Source: Eledone cirrhosa (taxonomy: Eukaryota). Taken from it: DNA of 64,000 nucleotides. Both the position numbers and the translations under genes were made by a program. Below the pieces are notes generated by a model. It was not told where the DNA came from and ran no database searches. It saw only the letters and a list, made by a program, of their open reading frames with translations. Below are positions 1 through 13,747 of the stretch, piece after piece (position 1 is the first letter of the stretch; every line of letters begins with the position of its first letter). The stretch is taken from contig OZ024740.1 of the NCBI GenBank assembly GCA_964016885.1, positions 215,884,001-215,948,000 of the forward strand, read 5' to 3'.

Positions 1-345
1 ATGTTTCCCTACTGTCTATTTTGTTAAACCAATCTATTGCTTCATTAGTGTTACCCCATAGTTTAACTTCTAGTTTGTCCTTGATTTGCGCTATTACTCT
101 ATCTAGTATATACTTGCTAATTCAACCTATATCTGACTTCGATGGGCATATTAATCTAATTGTAGGGTCTGTTTCGAAACTATTTTTGTGATCTTTTAGG
201 TTTAATATGGGGTTACAAGAGGTCCTTCCTTATTAATGTCCGTGAGTGTAGATTTGGTAGTTTTCCTGTATTTGTTGTGTAGTTCACGGCGTATAAAGTT
301 ATTGTATGTGTTAAGGCTTATGTGTATACATTTGATGTTTTGTAT
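1..345 (-). pseudogene. Penelope-like element (Naiad-type) reverse transcriptase N-terminal fragment, running off the left edge of the window
   Basis: Manual minus-strand translation gives KTSNVY...YRKTTKSTLTDINKEG...[36 protein letters not shown]...LWGNTNEAIDWFNKI. This matches the LKDHK / RLIxPxKS / W.NT..VI.WF pattern of Naiad PLE RTs. It contains frameshifts and a stop. Confidence 0.8.
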
Positions 346-620
346 TTCTTTTCAAGTTATTGTTATCATTACTGTCATCACTATTTTTCACATCCACTTA
401 CTCACCATTATAACTTCAACTACCACCACTACCACTACTATTATCAGTAACCGTATTTTGTACTTATTTTAAACTTATTTTTTTACATCTTTATCATTTG
501 CATTTTTACTTCTTTATACTTTTATTATTGTTTATTATCTTTTATTATTGATGTTATTGTTTTCATTCACTTGATTCTCCGATGCATCTATAAATCCAAA
601 TGCCATGTGTTACACCCTCC

Positions 621-731
621 AATATTCCGATGATTTGATTAGACACACACTGTATTTAAGGTCGAGTAATGCAATTTCGAGCAATCAGCGGACCCTAGAC
701 TCACCTGATCAATGAAACAATTGTTAATACT
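621..731 (+). ncRNA. Type I hammerhead ribozyme motif (U4C core variant, large stem II loop)
   Basis: tatt-CCGATGA(627-633)-ttgattag...ctgatcaa-t-GAAAC-aatt-GTT-aata. Stem III has a palindromic loop typical of PLE minimal HHRs. AATAAA follows at about 735. Confidence 0.65.
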
Positions 732-944
732 GTAAATAAAACCCTTTTTGTACAGCCGACCATGTTATTCTTCACTCTTTCACTACTATTACTCCAAGAA
801 TGACCTGCATGGGAATTCTCGCAAACTCGCTACCTAACTAAGGAAACCTCTTGTTGAGTCAAACAACGCCGTACGTTAAAACTATCCATAGTACAGAGTA
901 CTCACAACCTCTAACTGGATTACCTAAAACGATAACTTGCTATC

Positions 945-1615
<671 letters not shown>

Positions 1616-1688
1616 TGTATATATATATATATTATTGAGTAAAATGACATGAGGCTGGACTGGTGAAATTTCTTAAAGGTTTATTATA

Positions 1689-1748
1689 AACACTATGCAC
1701 ATTTCAATGGCCGGGTTCTGCAAGAGCCCGGAGACATGATCAGGTGTT
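1689..1748 (-). ncRNA. Degenerate type I hammerhead (G8C), probably an inverted pseudo-LTR at the 5' end of the downstream PLE
   Basis: Minus strand: aacac-CTGATCA-tgtct-ccgggctc...gaacccgg-ccatt-GAAA-tgtgc-ATA-gtgtt, then AATAAA. Confidence 0.6.
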
Positions 1749-1932
1749 ACGAAATTCATCTAATAAAGGAATATAATAATGGTAGACACAATCCAATTAC
1801 GTCGAGAGCTTTTTCTAATATTACATCACGGTTGACTATACGGAATGACCAGTTCTATCCAGTGGTGAACCAACAAACCTAAATTTATATATATCCAGCA
1901 AACCTAAATGTATATATATCCAACAAACCTAA

Positions 1933-1994
<62 letters not shown>

Positions 1995-2878
1995 GTATGT
2001 ATATATATGTATATATATATAATATTAAATAAGGCTTTAATTATGGCCATGAACAATAGTGACCTGACTAGATCCCAAATTGATGACATACTTGCGGCCA
2101 GAAAAACCATAATTACATTTGAAGAGCAATTATGGACCCGCAAGGATACGCATAACAACTTCGACATAACCATGGGATCTAGTGACTCGGCGCAGGTCAC
2201 TGATTTGGTTGGCCTGTACCTACTCATAAGAACCTACCCTACCTCAACGGTGGTTTATACCGCGATGATGCGCTTCTTCTTATAGACTATAAAAAATTTA
2301 ATATAGAAAAAACTAGGAAACAGTTACACAAAATTTTCAAAAACTTCAACTTAAGTATCACCTTAGATAAAAACACTAAAAACGTCAACTTCCTTGATGC
2401 TACCCTTAGCCTAGACTCTAAAATATACACACCTTATCATAAACCTAACGAAAAACTAATTTATGTGAACACCAACTCTAACCACCCTAAATCCATATTA
2501 AACTCTATTACTAAAGGAATATCTAATAGAATCTCTAATCTATCATATAATGAAACCATATTTAACAATAATTCACAATACTATAATGAGGCCTTAGCTA
2601 AATCATGACATAAGAATGAGATTGAATTCCTACCCATAAAATCACATAGTTACAACATTATTCTCACAATATGGCCATGAGGAAAAATAGTAAAAACACT
2701 AGCCACTATAACTCTAGGACGAAGATTAATACCAAACTTAACTCGCACCAAAGTAAACACCACAATAATAATATAAACAGGGATATAAATAGCTAAAAAA
2801 AATAATAATATAAACAAAAATAGAAGGAGAACTAATACATTCTTCAATCCCCCTTTCAATCTAAACGTCTCTACCAAC

Positions 2879-3652
2879 TTGCCTAAGGCATTCTTCTCAA
2901 TCTTGGAAAAAAACTTCCCGACCGGCCACAAGTACCATAGCCTTATCAATAAAATTAAAATATCGTACTCCACCACACCTAACATAGCATACCATATAGC
3001 TAGTAGTAATAAAAGGAAGATTAATAATTATTTCCAACTAATTAAAACACAACAGGAGGTAAACTTAGTACCTGTAAACAATAGTAGTAATAATAGTAAT
3101 AATGATAATAGTAATAATGAAATCAATAACAATACGAATGATAGACATCATTACCCTAGTGCTATCCCTAGCAACCAGAAATCTTCACAACATAGGAACC
3201 GGCAAGCTAACACCCAGAATAAATGTAACTGTAGAACTAATAGAACTTGCCCCTTAGGTAATAATTGTTTAACCAAAGACACCATCTACTCATGCACCGT
3301 CAACGCAAACAACTCTTCTGAAAAATATATAGGCTCTACTTCGAACAGCTTCAAGACAAGATACAACTCGCACTTCTTCTCTTTCAAAAAACACAATCTA
3401 GCCAGCTCCAATGCTTTATCTAGCTACGTACACTCTCTAAAAACTAAGAATAGACCATTTACACTGCAGTGGGAAGTAGTAGGTAGGGCCTCATCGTATA
3501 AACCACCGAATAAATTGTGTAATCTCTGCCTTCTGGAGACCCATACTATAATCTTTTCGAAACTAGACCTCCTTAATAGAAAGTCAGAGACATTTTCCTC
3601 GTATCAACACCGGCACCGGCACTCGTTCCATAACTTTAAACCTAACTGTTAG
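2879..3652 (+). pseudogene. PLE thumb/linker + GIY-YIG endonuclease (Naiad-type), C-terminal part of a broken ORF
   Basis: KISYSTTPN, CNCR...CPLGNNCL, TIY...YIGSTSNSFKTRYNSH, CNLCLLE, LNRKSE motifs. Confidence 0.9.
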
Positions 3653-4009
3653 TATACAACAATCTCAGATTTGAATTCCCCACCACCATTAACACTTCAC
3701 ATCTAGGACTTAGCAGCACCCACAACCACAAACTCTTCGACCAACTCTTTCCTCTACACAACTCCTATTCATCTCTAACCTTATGCTCTGTAATAACAGT
3801 TAGAATTAAACATAGAGTTACCACCTTGTGATATAACTACAATAGATTAATTATATTATATACAGTAATGGATATTTGGTACTTAGTATATAGAGACATT
3901 TAATGTAATATGTGATAATAAACTATATATGCATTTATAGTTATATAATTAAATACTTAAATTAATAACATGTATATAAGAGATCTACCTTAAACACAAC
4001 ATAATAATA

Positions 4010-4195
4010 ATTGTTTCTATTTTTTAGGCACAAGGCCAACAATTACCCAGTGCCTTACTGGTACTTTATTTTTTTTATCGACCCCGTAAGGATGAAAGGC
4101 AAAGTCAACCTCGGCGGGATTTGAACTCAGATCGTAAAGGGACGTAACTATGCTGGAAAGCATGGCGTCCGACGCTCTACCGACACTGCCAATCC
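4010..4195 (-). mobile_element. tRNA-derived SINE with Nin/Deu-like central domain
   Basis: Minus strand has B-box GAGTTCAAATCCC followed by GCCTTTCATCCTTACGGGGTCGATAAAA...GTACCAG. Many other copies occur in the window. Confidence 0.85.
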
Positions 4196-5203
4196 ACATA
4201 ATAAAGTATATATACATTTATAATTAAATATAAAATGTAATAGCATTGTATATTAGGGATTAACTTTCAAAACAATAATGTATATTATTACACATGTGAC
4301 ATATCTGTTTTGACATATTAACAGCTATACAATTCTTCATAACATATACCTTGTCCAGTAATGAATACATAACAATCTAAAGAGACCTTTAATGTATGAT
4401 AGTAAAATACACTGTATTTAAAATCAGGTATAAATATACAGCATTATGTAATAGAGATTCAATGGTATCACATTATAATGTGTATTAGAACAAATAATTT
4501 TAATAACTGAATTGAACTTAATTAGCTGGTTACCTCCCCTTATGAATTAGCTCCTCTTATTCACTTCCGGAAATTAACGATTGGAAAATGTTACCGGTTG
4601 ATCAAATATAGTCTATGAATATGAATACATTAAGACTAATTTACAATCCATTGCTCTAATTAACTTAAAACATTCAATATAAACATTAACTAAAATTTAA
4701 TTCAACATATGTCATGGAAAAGTCTGCAAAAACTGTATGTTTCTCAACACACACAAATTCGAACACTATCAGCATACAGTATCCACCATAGACTCTAATA
4801 CATTAACATATTTGCTTAAAGTGCAGTATTTATTCATCTTTATAGGCATAATATCTTTGCTTGTCTCTTTCTCATGTATATGACTAACGCAGTTGCACCC
4901 TCCACACGCCTGCATATGAATTGTTAATGTACTCTTCCTTTCTCAAAACTACTTTCTCAATACCTCTTTAATGATTGGACTATTCTCTTGTTTTACCTGT
5001 TGCATGTATTCCACTCCGTGCTTTTGATTTTAATTTTAATTTGAACTTGAATGTTTGTACAATTATTGTAGAATTCTCGTAAAATATATGTCACATCCAT
5101 TCCACCCTGTAAATACGAAACTTGCTCACAACATCAATATATATATATGTATCTATATTATTGTTCAGTTGAATAGGAGGTTAATTATATGTGCAAACAT
5201 TGA

Positions 5204-5258
5204 TAATGCTCCGATGACTCCAAACGAGAGTTTGGAAGAAACGATAGTCAGCTATTAA
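5204..5258 (+). ncRNA. Minimal type I hammerhead ribozyme (U4C variant) at the 3' end of the Naiad PLE
   Basis: taatgct-CCGATGA(5211-5217)-ctccaaac gaga gtttggaa-GAAAC-gata-GTC-agc t atta. Predicted cleavage after 5249. Confidence 0.75.
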
Positions 5259-5296
5259 ATGATTTGAACACAACTTTGATAATTGTATAATTTATT

Positions 5297-5382
<86 letters not shown>

Positions 5383-5564
5383 GATTCATCGACTTTCGTC
5401 AAATCGGACCGAGGAAACAATGTTTCCGTTTGTCTTTCCAGTTGCTAGTACTATCTATCGGTCGCAACTCCAGGTAGAGAGAGCAACATGAAATGAAGTG
5501 TCTTGCTCAAGGACATAACGCATCTCCCGGTCCAGGAATCTAACTCAAATATATATATATATGA

Positions 5565-6222
5565 ATGAAAATAGACCGAGAAACGGGACTGTCCATCATC
5601 AGTGGTCTGCTGACAAATCATTGGTATTTCTTCGCATTAAAGACCAGATATCTCAAAATCATGCGAGTAATAACTAAAATAAGTTATTGGGACAGAGCGA
5701 TTAGGATGGGGAAAGTAAACAAACAACATAGTAGTAATGCAACATAAAGAGAGGAACAGTGAGACAAGTGATACCTCTCTCCCCCTTCTCTCTCCTTGTA
5801 CCTATTGCTTTCATTCACCCCCTCTGCTGGTCACACACTCTCTCGGCTGGCCTCTTCCTCACACTTCACTCACTCACTCTCTGCTACTCCCCCTCTCTCA
5901 CTTCCTCCCGCATGACCTGTGTGAAATCCTTTTCTCTCTCACTTTTCGCGCGGTTCGGACGTGTCTGCCTCTTCTCGTCGATTGGTGTGTTCGGACTTAA
6001 GTCCACAAGTATCATTGACCTGTCTCTCGTCTCCTCTCTTTATGTTGCATTACTACTATGTTGTTTGTTTACTTTCCCCATCCTAATCGCTCTGTCCCAA
6101 TAACTTATTTTAGTTATTGCTCGCATGATTTTGAGATATCTGGTCTTTAATGCGAAGAAATACCAATGATAGTCAGCAGACCACTGATGATGGACAGTCC
6201 CGTTTCTCGGTCTATTTTCATT
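5565..6222. mobile_element. Fold-back unit with ~190-bp inverted arms (family A PLE-terminal-like element)
   Basis: 5565-5755 is the reverse complement of about 6035-6222. The body 5770-5950 is homologous to 18740-18910. Confidence 0.85.
6126..6200 (+). ncRNA. Permuted hammerhead-like motif, family A (mirror copy at 5586-5661 on the minus strand)
   Basis: GATAT-C-TGGTCT-ttaatgcgaa-GAA-ATACC-...-AGACCA-CTGATGA-tggacagtcc. Confidence 0.55.
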
Positions 6223-6646
<424 letters not shown>

Positions 6647-6805
6647 ATATATATATATTCAATTGAATTCCTGACCTGTCGCACCCCACCTTCACCACCA
6701 CACATTCATAAAGAACATATTTATAAGAAGATATTTTGACAGAAAACTCACATATATTCGAATATGAATACATGAAAAATACACTTTTAAAAATATCTAA
6801 TATTT

Positions 6806-6848
6806 AATATTTGATAAGATTGTTATACCAATCGAAACCGGTTATATT
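6806..6848 (+). ncRNA. Minimal type I hammerhead, U3:A8 variant
   Basis: aatat-TTGATAA-gattg ttatac caatc-GAAAC-CG-GTT-atatt. Confidence 0.65.
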
Positions 6849-6959
6849 TAATACAAATATTATAAAATTATTCATTCTGTTGGAATAAAGAAAAAAATTA
6901 TTTTTAAATATACTTCTGTGTATTTTTACCTTCACTTTTTGATTATATATATCAGTGAG

Positions 6960-7535
6960 ACATTAGGCATAAGAGGGAGTATACAAGAGAGGAGACTGCG
7001 TTGGTATGGACATGTGATGCGTATGTGATGCGCAGAGCGATCACAATTGAGTGAAGCTACGGAGCAGAAAGACCCAGAGAGCCTTGGAATGAGGTGATAA
7101 AAGCTGACCTTGCACACTTGCACCTCTCTGAGACAATGACACAGGATCGAGATCTTTGGCGCTTGCAGTAATATAGAATACTCACCTTTCCTTGCGCACG
7201 CACTAATACTTACACTCAGTAGGCACCTCTTAATCCAATATATACCCCCACACCCATACACCTCCCTACACTACTGCCCACACCACCCTTACTCTGTAAA
7301 GTTATGTTGGTATCACAAATCATCCAGCCCACGCTGTAGATTGGTCGTGTAGGAGACACGGCAAAAAGCACCCAGCACACACTATAAATGTGGTTGGCAT
7401 CCAGCCGTAGAAAACCAGCCAGAAACAGTCATATATGAGCGAGACACGATCACCCGACCCAATTCCTCAAATGGGACAAACCCGTCTAACTCATGCTAGC
7501 GTGGAAGATAGAAGTTAAACGATGATGATGATGAT
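6960..7535 (+). mobile_element. RTE-type LINE 3' fragment with (GAT)n tail
   Basis: IQERRLRWYGHVMRM motif. The 3' UTR is shared with 40430-41012. Confidence 0.8.
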
Positions 7536-7575
<40 letters not shown>

Positions 7576-7591
7576 CGAAAATCCACAAAGT

Positions 7592-7665
7592 ATGGTGAGC
7601 TATCAATTCATCAGTCGAGCCCGATCATTACTGATCGTACCTTGAGCTGATCGATTGCGAAACTC
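7592..7665 (+). ncRNA. Hammerhead remnant (core CUGAUGA lost)
   Basis: gctatcaatt...gatcgattgc-GAAAC-tcgc-GTC-acat. Homologous to the minus-strand half at 22265-22332. Confidence 0.45.
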
Positions 7666-7865
7666 GCGTCACATGTGAACAAATATACTTCGTTCCTACT
7701 CATTTTATTAATGCTACATAGAGTTACATCCCCTTTACATGTTGAGTTCAAATTCCGCAGAAATTAATTTTGCCTTTCACCCTTACAGGTTCGATAAAAT
7801 AAAGTACCAGTAATGTACGACTTTCCCCTCCCCCTAAAGTGTTGGCCTTATGCTTGAATCAGAAA

Positions 7866-7981
<116 letters not shown>

Positions 7982-7998
7982 GTATATATATATATATA

Positions 7999-8077
<79 letters not shown>

Positions 8078-8082
<5 letters not shown>

Positions 8083-8497
8083 TCCTTATTTGTTGGGTGT
8101 TCCCTACAAGACACGTTTAAAGCAGCCCGGAGCATAGGTGTGTATGCCCCGTCTAGCTTTTTCTCCAGTTTCGACGTTAGCGTCCAAGTGATAGAGCCAT
8201 GAACAAATAAGGATCTCTATGGCAATATACCACCTATCAGCAGGTCAGCACGTGGACAGAGACTCAGATTTGCTGGCCACTGTTGGCGCAGCAAGGAAGA
8301 AATAGGAGGTGATGTATTGTTATGGAGTCCATCTTATGGAGCAAGAAACGCTGGTCGTCCCAAGAAGACATACATCAGCAACTTGAGGACAATACTGGAT
8401 GCACTGCAGAAGAACTGGCAAACGCTATGAGAGACAGAGATGGATGGAGGAAACGTGTCGTAAAAAGCCGAGCAAGCTCGACCTGATGATGATGTTG
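8078..8497 (+). mobile_element. RTE/RTEX-like LINE 3' fragment with inverted 5' part
   Basis: 8078-8200 (-) encodes [31 protein letters not shown]...PTNKDL. 8202-8497 (+) continues TNKDLYGNIPPI...QRLRFAGHCWRS...GRPKKTYI and ends in a (GAT)n tail. Confidence 0.85.
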
Positions 8498-8602
8498 ATA
8501 TATATATATATATATATATATAGTTATTGTGGTTCCCCACATGGTATATTTTGTCTATTTGTTCTTCACATTTACACACACACACACACACACCCACACC
8601 CA

Positions 8603-8697
<95 letters not shown>

Positions 8698-9163
8698 GTA
8701 TATGCAGTTCAAGATTTAAAAAAGCAAAACAGATATTGCACACAATATCTTATTTGTGTCAGGCTTGTGTGGAAAGAAAATATAATATTTTAGCGTATCG
8801 GTTGTTAGTCCTTCATCAGCTTATAGTAAATTTAGGAGAAAGAGGTTGTTTGAAGGTTGAAAACAAATATTATGAAGAGGAGTGAAGTGGGCAGGTAAGT
8901 GTACCGTGGTGGAGCATCCAGGTCAGTTTTTTTAGTGTGTATTGCCAATGCCAGTGTGTTTTTATGGGTATGTATATATGTGTCTGTTTGGTTGTTTGTG
9001 TATGTATGTATTTTGTATGTGCGTATGTGTGCCCTTAGTAGTCACTATGTATGTGTATGGTGTGTGTTTTGTTGCACTCTGCTGAAAAGTGTGTTTGTTT
9101 ATGTATAAATCGGGCGTGTGAACGAGTGCACATTCTTTTGTATATGCGTGCGGACGCGCACGA

Positions 9164-9201
<38 letters not shown>

Positions 9202-9599
9202 ATGTCCGGATATGTTATGTGTCCGGATATGTGTCTGTGTGTAGAAAGTGAGGTAATATCCAAAACCCATCTTCCGAGTGAAGTAATGTTAGAAAGATGA
9301 AAGATTAAAGCAGGCGTCACCTCTGAATTCAGAGGTGACGTTGAGAATGTCCAAAATAGGAATTGAACGAGAAGTAGGGGAGATGTGTGTTTCACCAAAG
9401 GATGGACGCTAGCGTGGGCATATACAAGAGGAAATGGTTGCAGAATATAGATGGGGCCGGGGGGGGGGGGGACTTTAAAAGAGTTCAAAGATTTGTTCAT
9501 AGAGATTAGCATAATATGTCTGCGGGCTTGTGTTGTAGTCACCGCCCCCCCCCACACATATATGTATAAAAGAAAATTTCGCTCTACATGGCTGAATAC

Positions 9600-10026
<427 letters not shown>

Positions 10027-10368
10027 CATTTTAATTTTAGTGAAACACGAAAGTTAATACTTCAAATTATTTTACTAAATTCTACATTCGTTTCAACATA
10101 AATGCACAAAAAACTGGGAAGATACATATAGACCATGATATGCAGGTAAATTAATCTATCAAATTAGTTACAGTTGCAATCACTTAAAATTAAACTATCC
10201 TCAGGAATTCGATATAAGACTTGGAGATTAGTCGAAGAACAATATACGATTCCATGGTTAATAAAATGTTGTTATTAAAGTCTTTTTAAAAAACCCCCAC
10301 TCGATTCATACATTGAGACTCGTTGTATTTGGTAGTGAACGAGCGATATACCCACACTTATTCATCGC

Positions 10369-10416
<48 letters not shown>

Positions 10417-10532
10417 TATATCTTCCCTCATTTGTACTATCTCTGCTATTGAAAATTTAGTCTTGTCTGATGATCCCATGTGTGCGCAGGTGAAACTCCA
10501 GAGTAACATGACTCACTACAGAGCCATAATAA

Positions 10533-10616
<84 letters not shown>

Positions 10617-10644
10617 GTGTGTGTGTATATATATATATATATAT

Positions 10645-10785
10645 AACGAAGGAAATGTGGTAAGGAACCAGGTGGACCATAACGCACGAAAGTACTCAAT
10701 ACTTAGGGTAGTAGACGGCTAATTCTGGACGTCCAGAATTAGCCGTCGAAACGGCTTGAGCTCAGCCGTCGGGGTCTTACTGGTT

Positions 10786-10790
<5 letters not shown>
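10645..10790. mobile_element. Copy of the 6452-6646 repeat family with a hammerhead 3' half
   Basis: Shared ...gtactcaatacttagg. A perfect hairpin gacggctaattctgga/tccagaattagccgtc is followed by GAAACGGCT...AGCCGTC. Confidence 0.7.
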
Positions 10791-10859
<69 letters not shown>

Positions 10860-10993
10860 TTAGAACCCTGTAACCATTAAGCTCTAAGTATAAAGTACAA
10901 ATAAATACTGAGCCGATTAACAATATATAGTAAGAAACCCTTGTAATTTTAGACACACGGTTTACTGTGTTTCTTACTATATATATATGTATG

Positions 10994-11149
<156 letters not shown>

Positions 11150-11194
11150 ACAAAGTGTTGTAATTTGCTTGAAACATTGTGGAATGGGAAATAC

Positions 11195-11504
11195 AAATTT
11201 AACTAGGAAATAAGTTTAATTATTTGTAAGCCCGTCAATGGGTGTAATATTATAAGTGCTAAGGTAATACGAATTAGAGAAAATAGGACAAAAGAACTCA
11301 GAAAAGAGTGAGTACAGTAGAATTTTACCTTGGTTAACTAATGATCCCAAATACTTTCGGTTTTACCATCCATTATCAAGGGAAACCGTTCTCACTCTTT
11401 TCTCTGTTCTTTTGTCCTATTTTCTCTAATTCCTATTTCCTTGGCTCTTATAATCTCACACGCATTGTCGGGCCTACAAACAATTAAAACTTATTTCCTA
11501 GTTA

Positions 11505-11510
<6 letters not shown>
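11195..11510. repeat. Fold-back element with ~115-bp imperfect arms and a hammerhead motif in the spacer
   Basis: 11195-11312 is inverted at 11391-11510. The spacer on the minus strand (11345-11383) reads tccc-TTGATAA-...ggtaaaacc-GAAAG-ta-TTT-ggga. Confidence 0.7.
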
Positions 11511-11540
<30 letters not shown>

Positions 11541-12142
11541 AGCAGGTACGAAGGGCTGTGGCAATAAAGGTGAACATTGAGAGCCATACCAATCCCACTC
11601 ACCCCATTTAAAGTAAGAAATAGATAACTTAGAGTTTAAAGGTTCACAGCGCTACAACATCCTGATAAAAACAGGAAGTAGTCTGTATGTAATGAATGTA
11701 AATGTCTTCAAGTAACATGAACATTCTATCTGAGATCCAAAGTAAGAATTCATGGTGGAAAGAATCACATGCTAGGGCAGCAATATATATCTTAATCATT
11801 CATCAACAGCCAGGGATAGATGTGGGCTAGGAGTAATGTAGCAACAGTGTTGACAGTGTCTCACCATGGCCACAACCAGCGAGCTGGAACAGGTCACATA
11901 GCAAGGAGATGAAAAGAATAGAATATATCATAAACAAAATTAACTCCAATATCGAGTTTTGAGACGCGTATGTATTAGAATTCGTGGGAAAATGGGAAAA
12001 CTCAGCGTAAGGAAGCTGTTAAAACAACAAAATGCCGTCGAAACGGCGTTGGTTAAAACATTAGCTCAAAGAATAGATGTGCGAATAGATGTGAATTGAT
12101 AGGAAGAAAGGAATAATATAGATGAGAGGGGATCACAAACAT

Positions 12143-12210
12143 TTAAATTTACTCATCAGCTTTCAGACCGCCTGCAGTTTCAACGACTTAACTGAAAGTA
12201 CTACGAAGCA
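12143..12210 (-). ncRNA. Non-circularly permuted hammerhead-like motif, family C
   Basis: Minus strand: GTAGT-A-CTTTCAG-ttaagtcgtt-GAA-ACTGC-aggcggt-CTGAAAG-CTGATGA-gtaaattta. Perfect 7-bp helix I, GUA triplet. Confidence 0.6.
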
Positions 12211-12552
12211 TAGCCGACTCGTAACAACGGAAAATAAATATCTCCGTTGGAATAATGTTTGTGTTTGGTCAGGTCAGAGAGAGAAAAATAAGGTGCGTCT
12301 ACTTGACGTCACGTCATTGTAAGAAAGGAAGAGGCACTGTAAGAGTCTTTATGTCAGTGAGGAGGTCACAGAATATGTGATGAAAAAACTTTGACAAACT
12401 AACTAATAACTAATAATAAAGCTGAAATGAATATCAAATAGTGCGTATGTTTCCATTGCCAGTATTGGCAAGATGACCTTTCCCAAACATAACAGAATCT
12501 TTCAACACACGATTTCACATGAAGAATCTTGCAGACAAGCACATAAAGGTGT

Positions 12553-13125
<573 letters not shown>

Positions 13126-13174
13126 TATAAAATATTATGCTATGATGTTCTTACTAAGAACAAATCAATATACC

Positions 13175-13250
<76 letters not shown>

Positions 13251-13457
13251 AATAAAATCTATTTCACAAACCGTTTCAGTCCAAACCCCGGCTATTTTAT
13301 TGTTACTCTATCTTTCTCACTCAGTGGACAAGCGTCCATGTACGTGTGTGTATGCATGTGTGTATACATATTTATGATTGTGTGAAATGTCTGTCTGTTT
13401 GCGTTTGAGTAATTCTTTCTATGTAGGCGTATGAGTTTGCGTTTTGTGTTTGTATAT

Positions 13458-13525
<68 letters not shown>

Positions 13526-13599
13526 CCTGTATATATGTATGTGTATACATGTGTGTTGTGTGTGCGCCCGTATATGTGTTGTCTGTTCATGTGTGCGTG

Positions 13600-13669
13600 T
13601 ATATGTATGTATGTATGAATGTATGTATGTGTGTATGTATGTATGTATGTATGTATTTATGTATCTGAG

Positions 13670-13703
<34 letters not shown>

Positions 13704-13713
13704 TGTATCTGAG

Positions 13714-13747
<34 letters not shown>

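Larger units (their letters stand above)
1847..5300 (+). mobile_element. 5'-truncated Naiad-type Penelope-like retroelement (RT + GIY-YIG + long AT-rich 3' region with HHR)
   Basis: RT motifs QFYP, FDITMGSSDSAQVTDLVGLYLL, GLYRDD, VNFLD, SNHP are broken by a (TA)n insertion, frameshifts and a stop. The GIY-YIG ORF and a terminal HHR follow. Confidence 0.9.

Noticed and set aside
2604-2610. In-frame TGA in the Naiad ORF (also at about 122 on the minus strand) as selenocysteine
   Set aside because: Some Naiads encode selenoproteins, but these TGAs fall at positions expected to be Gly (SGH) and Arg/Lys, not Cys. The conserved cysteines use TGT/TGC and the ORFs are frameshifted, so they are ordinary nonsense mutations.
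4100-4195. tRNA genes
   Set aside because: Only SINE heads with A/B-box-like motifs are present; there is no cloverleaf.
8790-8825. Minus-strand CTGATGA...GATAC hammerhead
   Set aside because: GAAA is mutated and helix I is not supported. It is at most a relic, so it was not listed as a feature.
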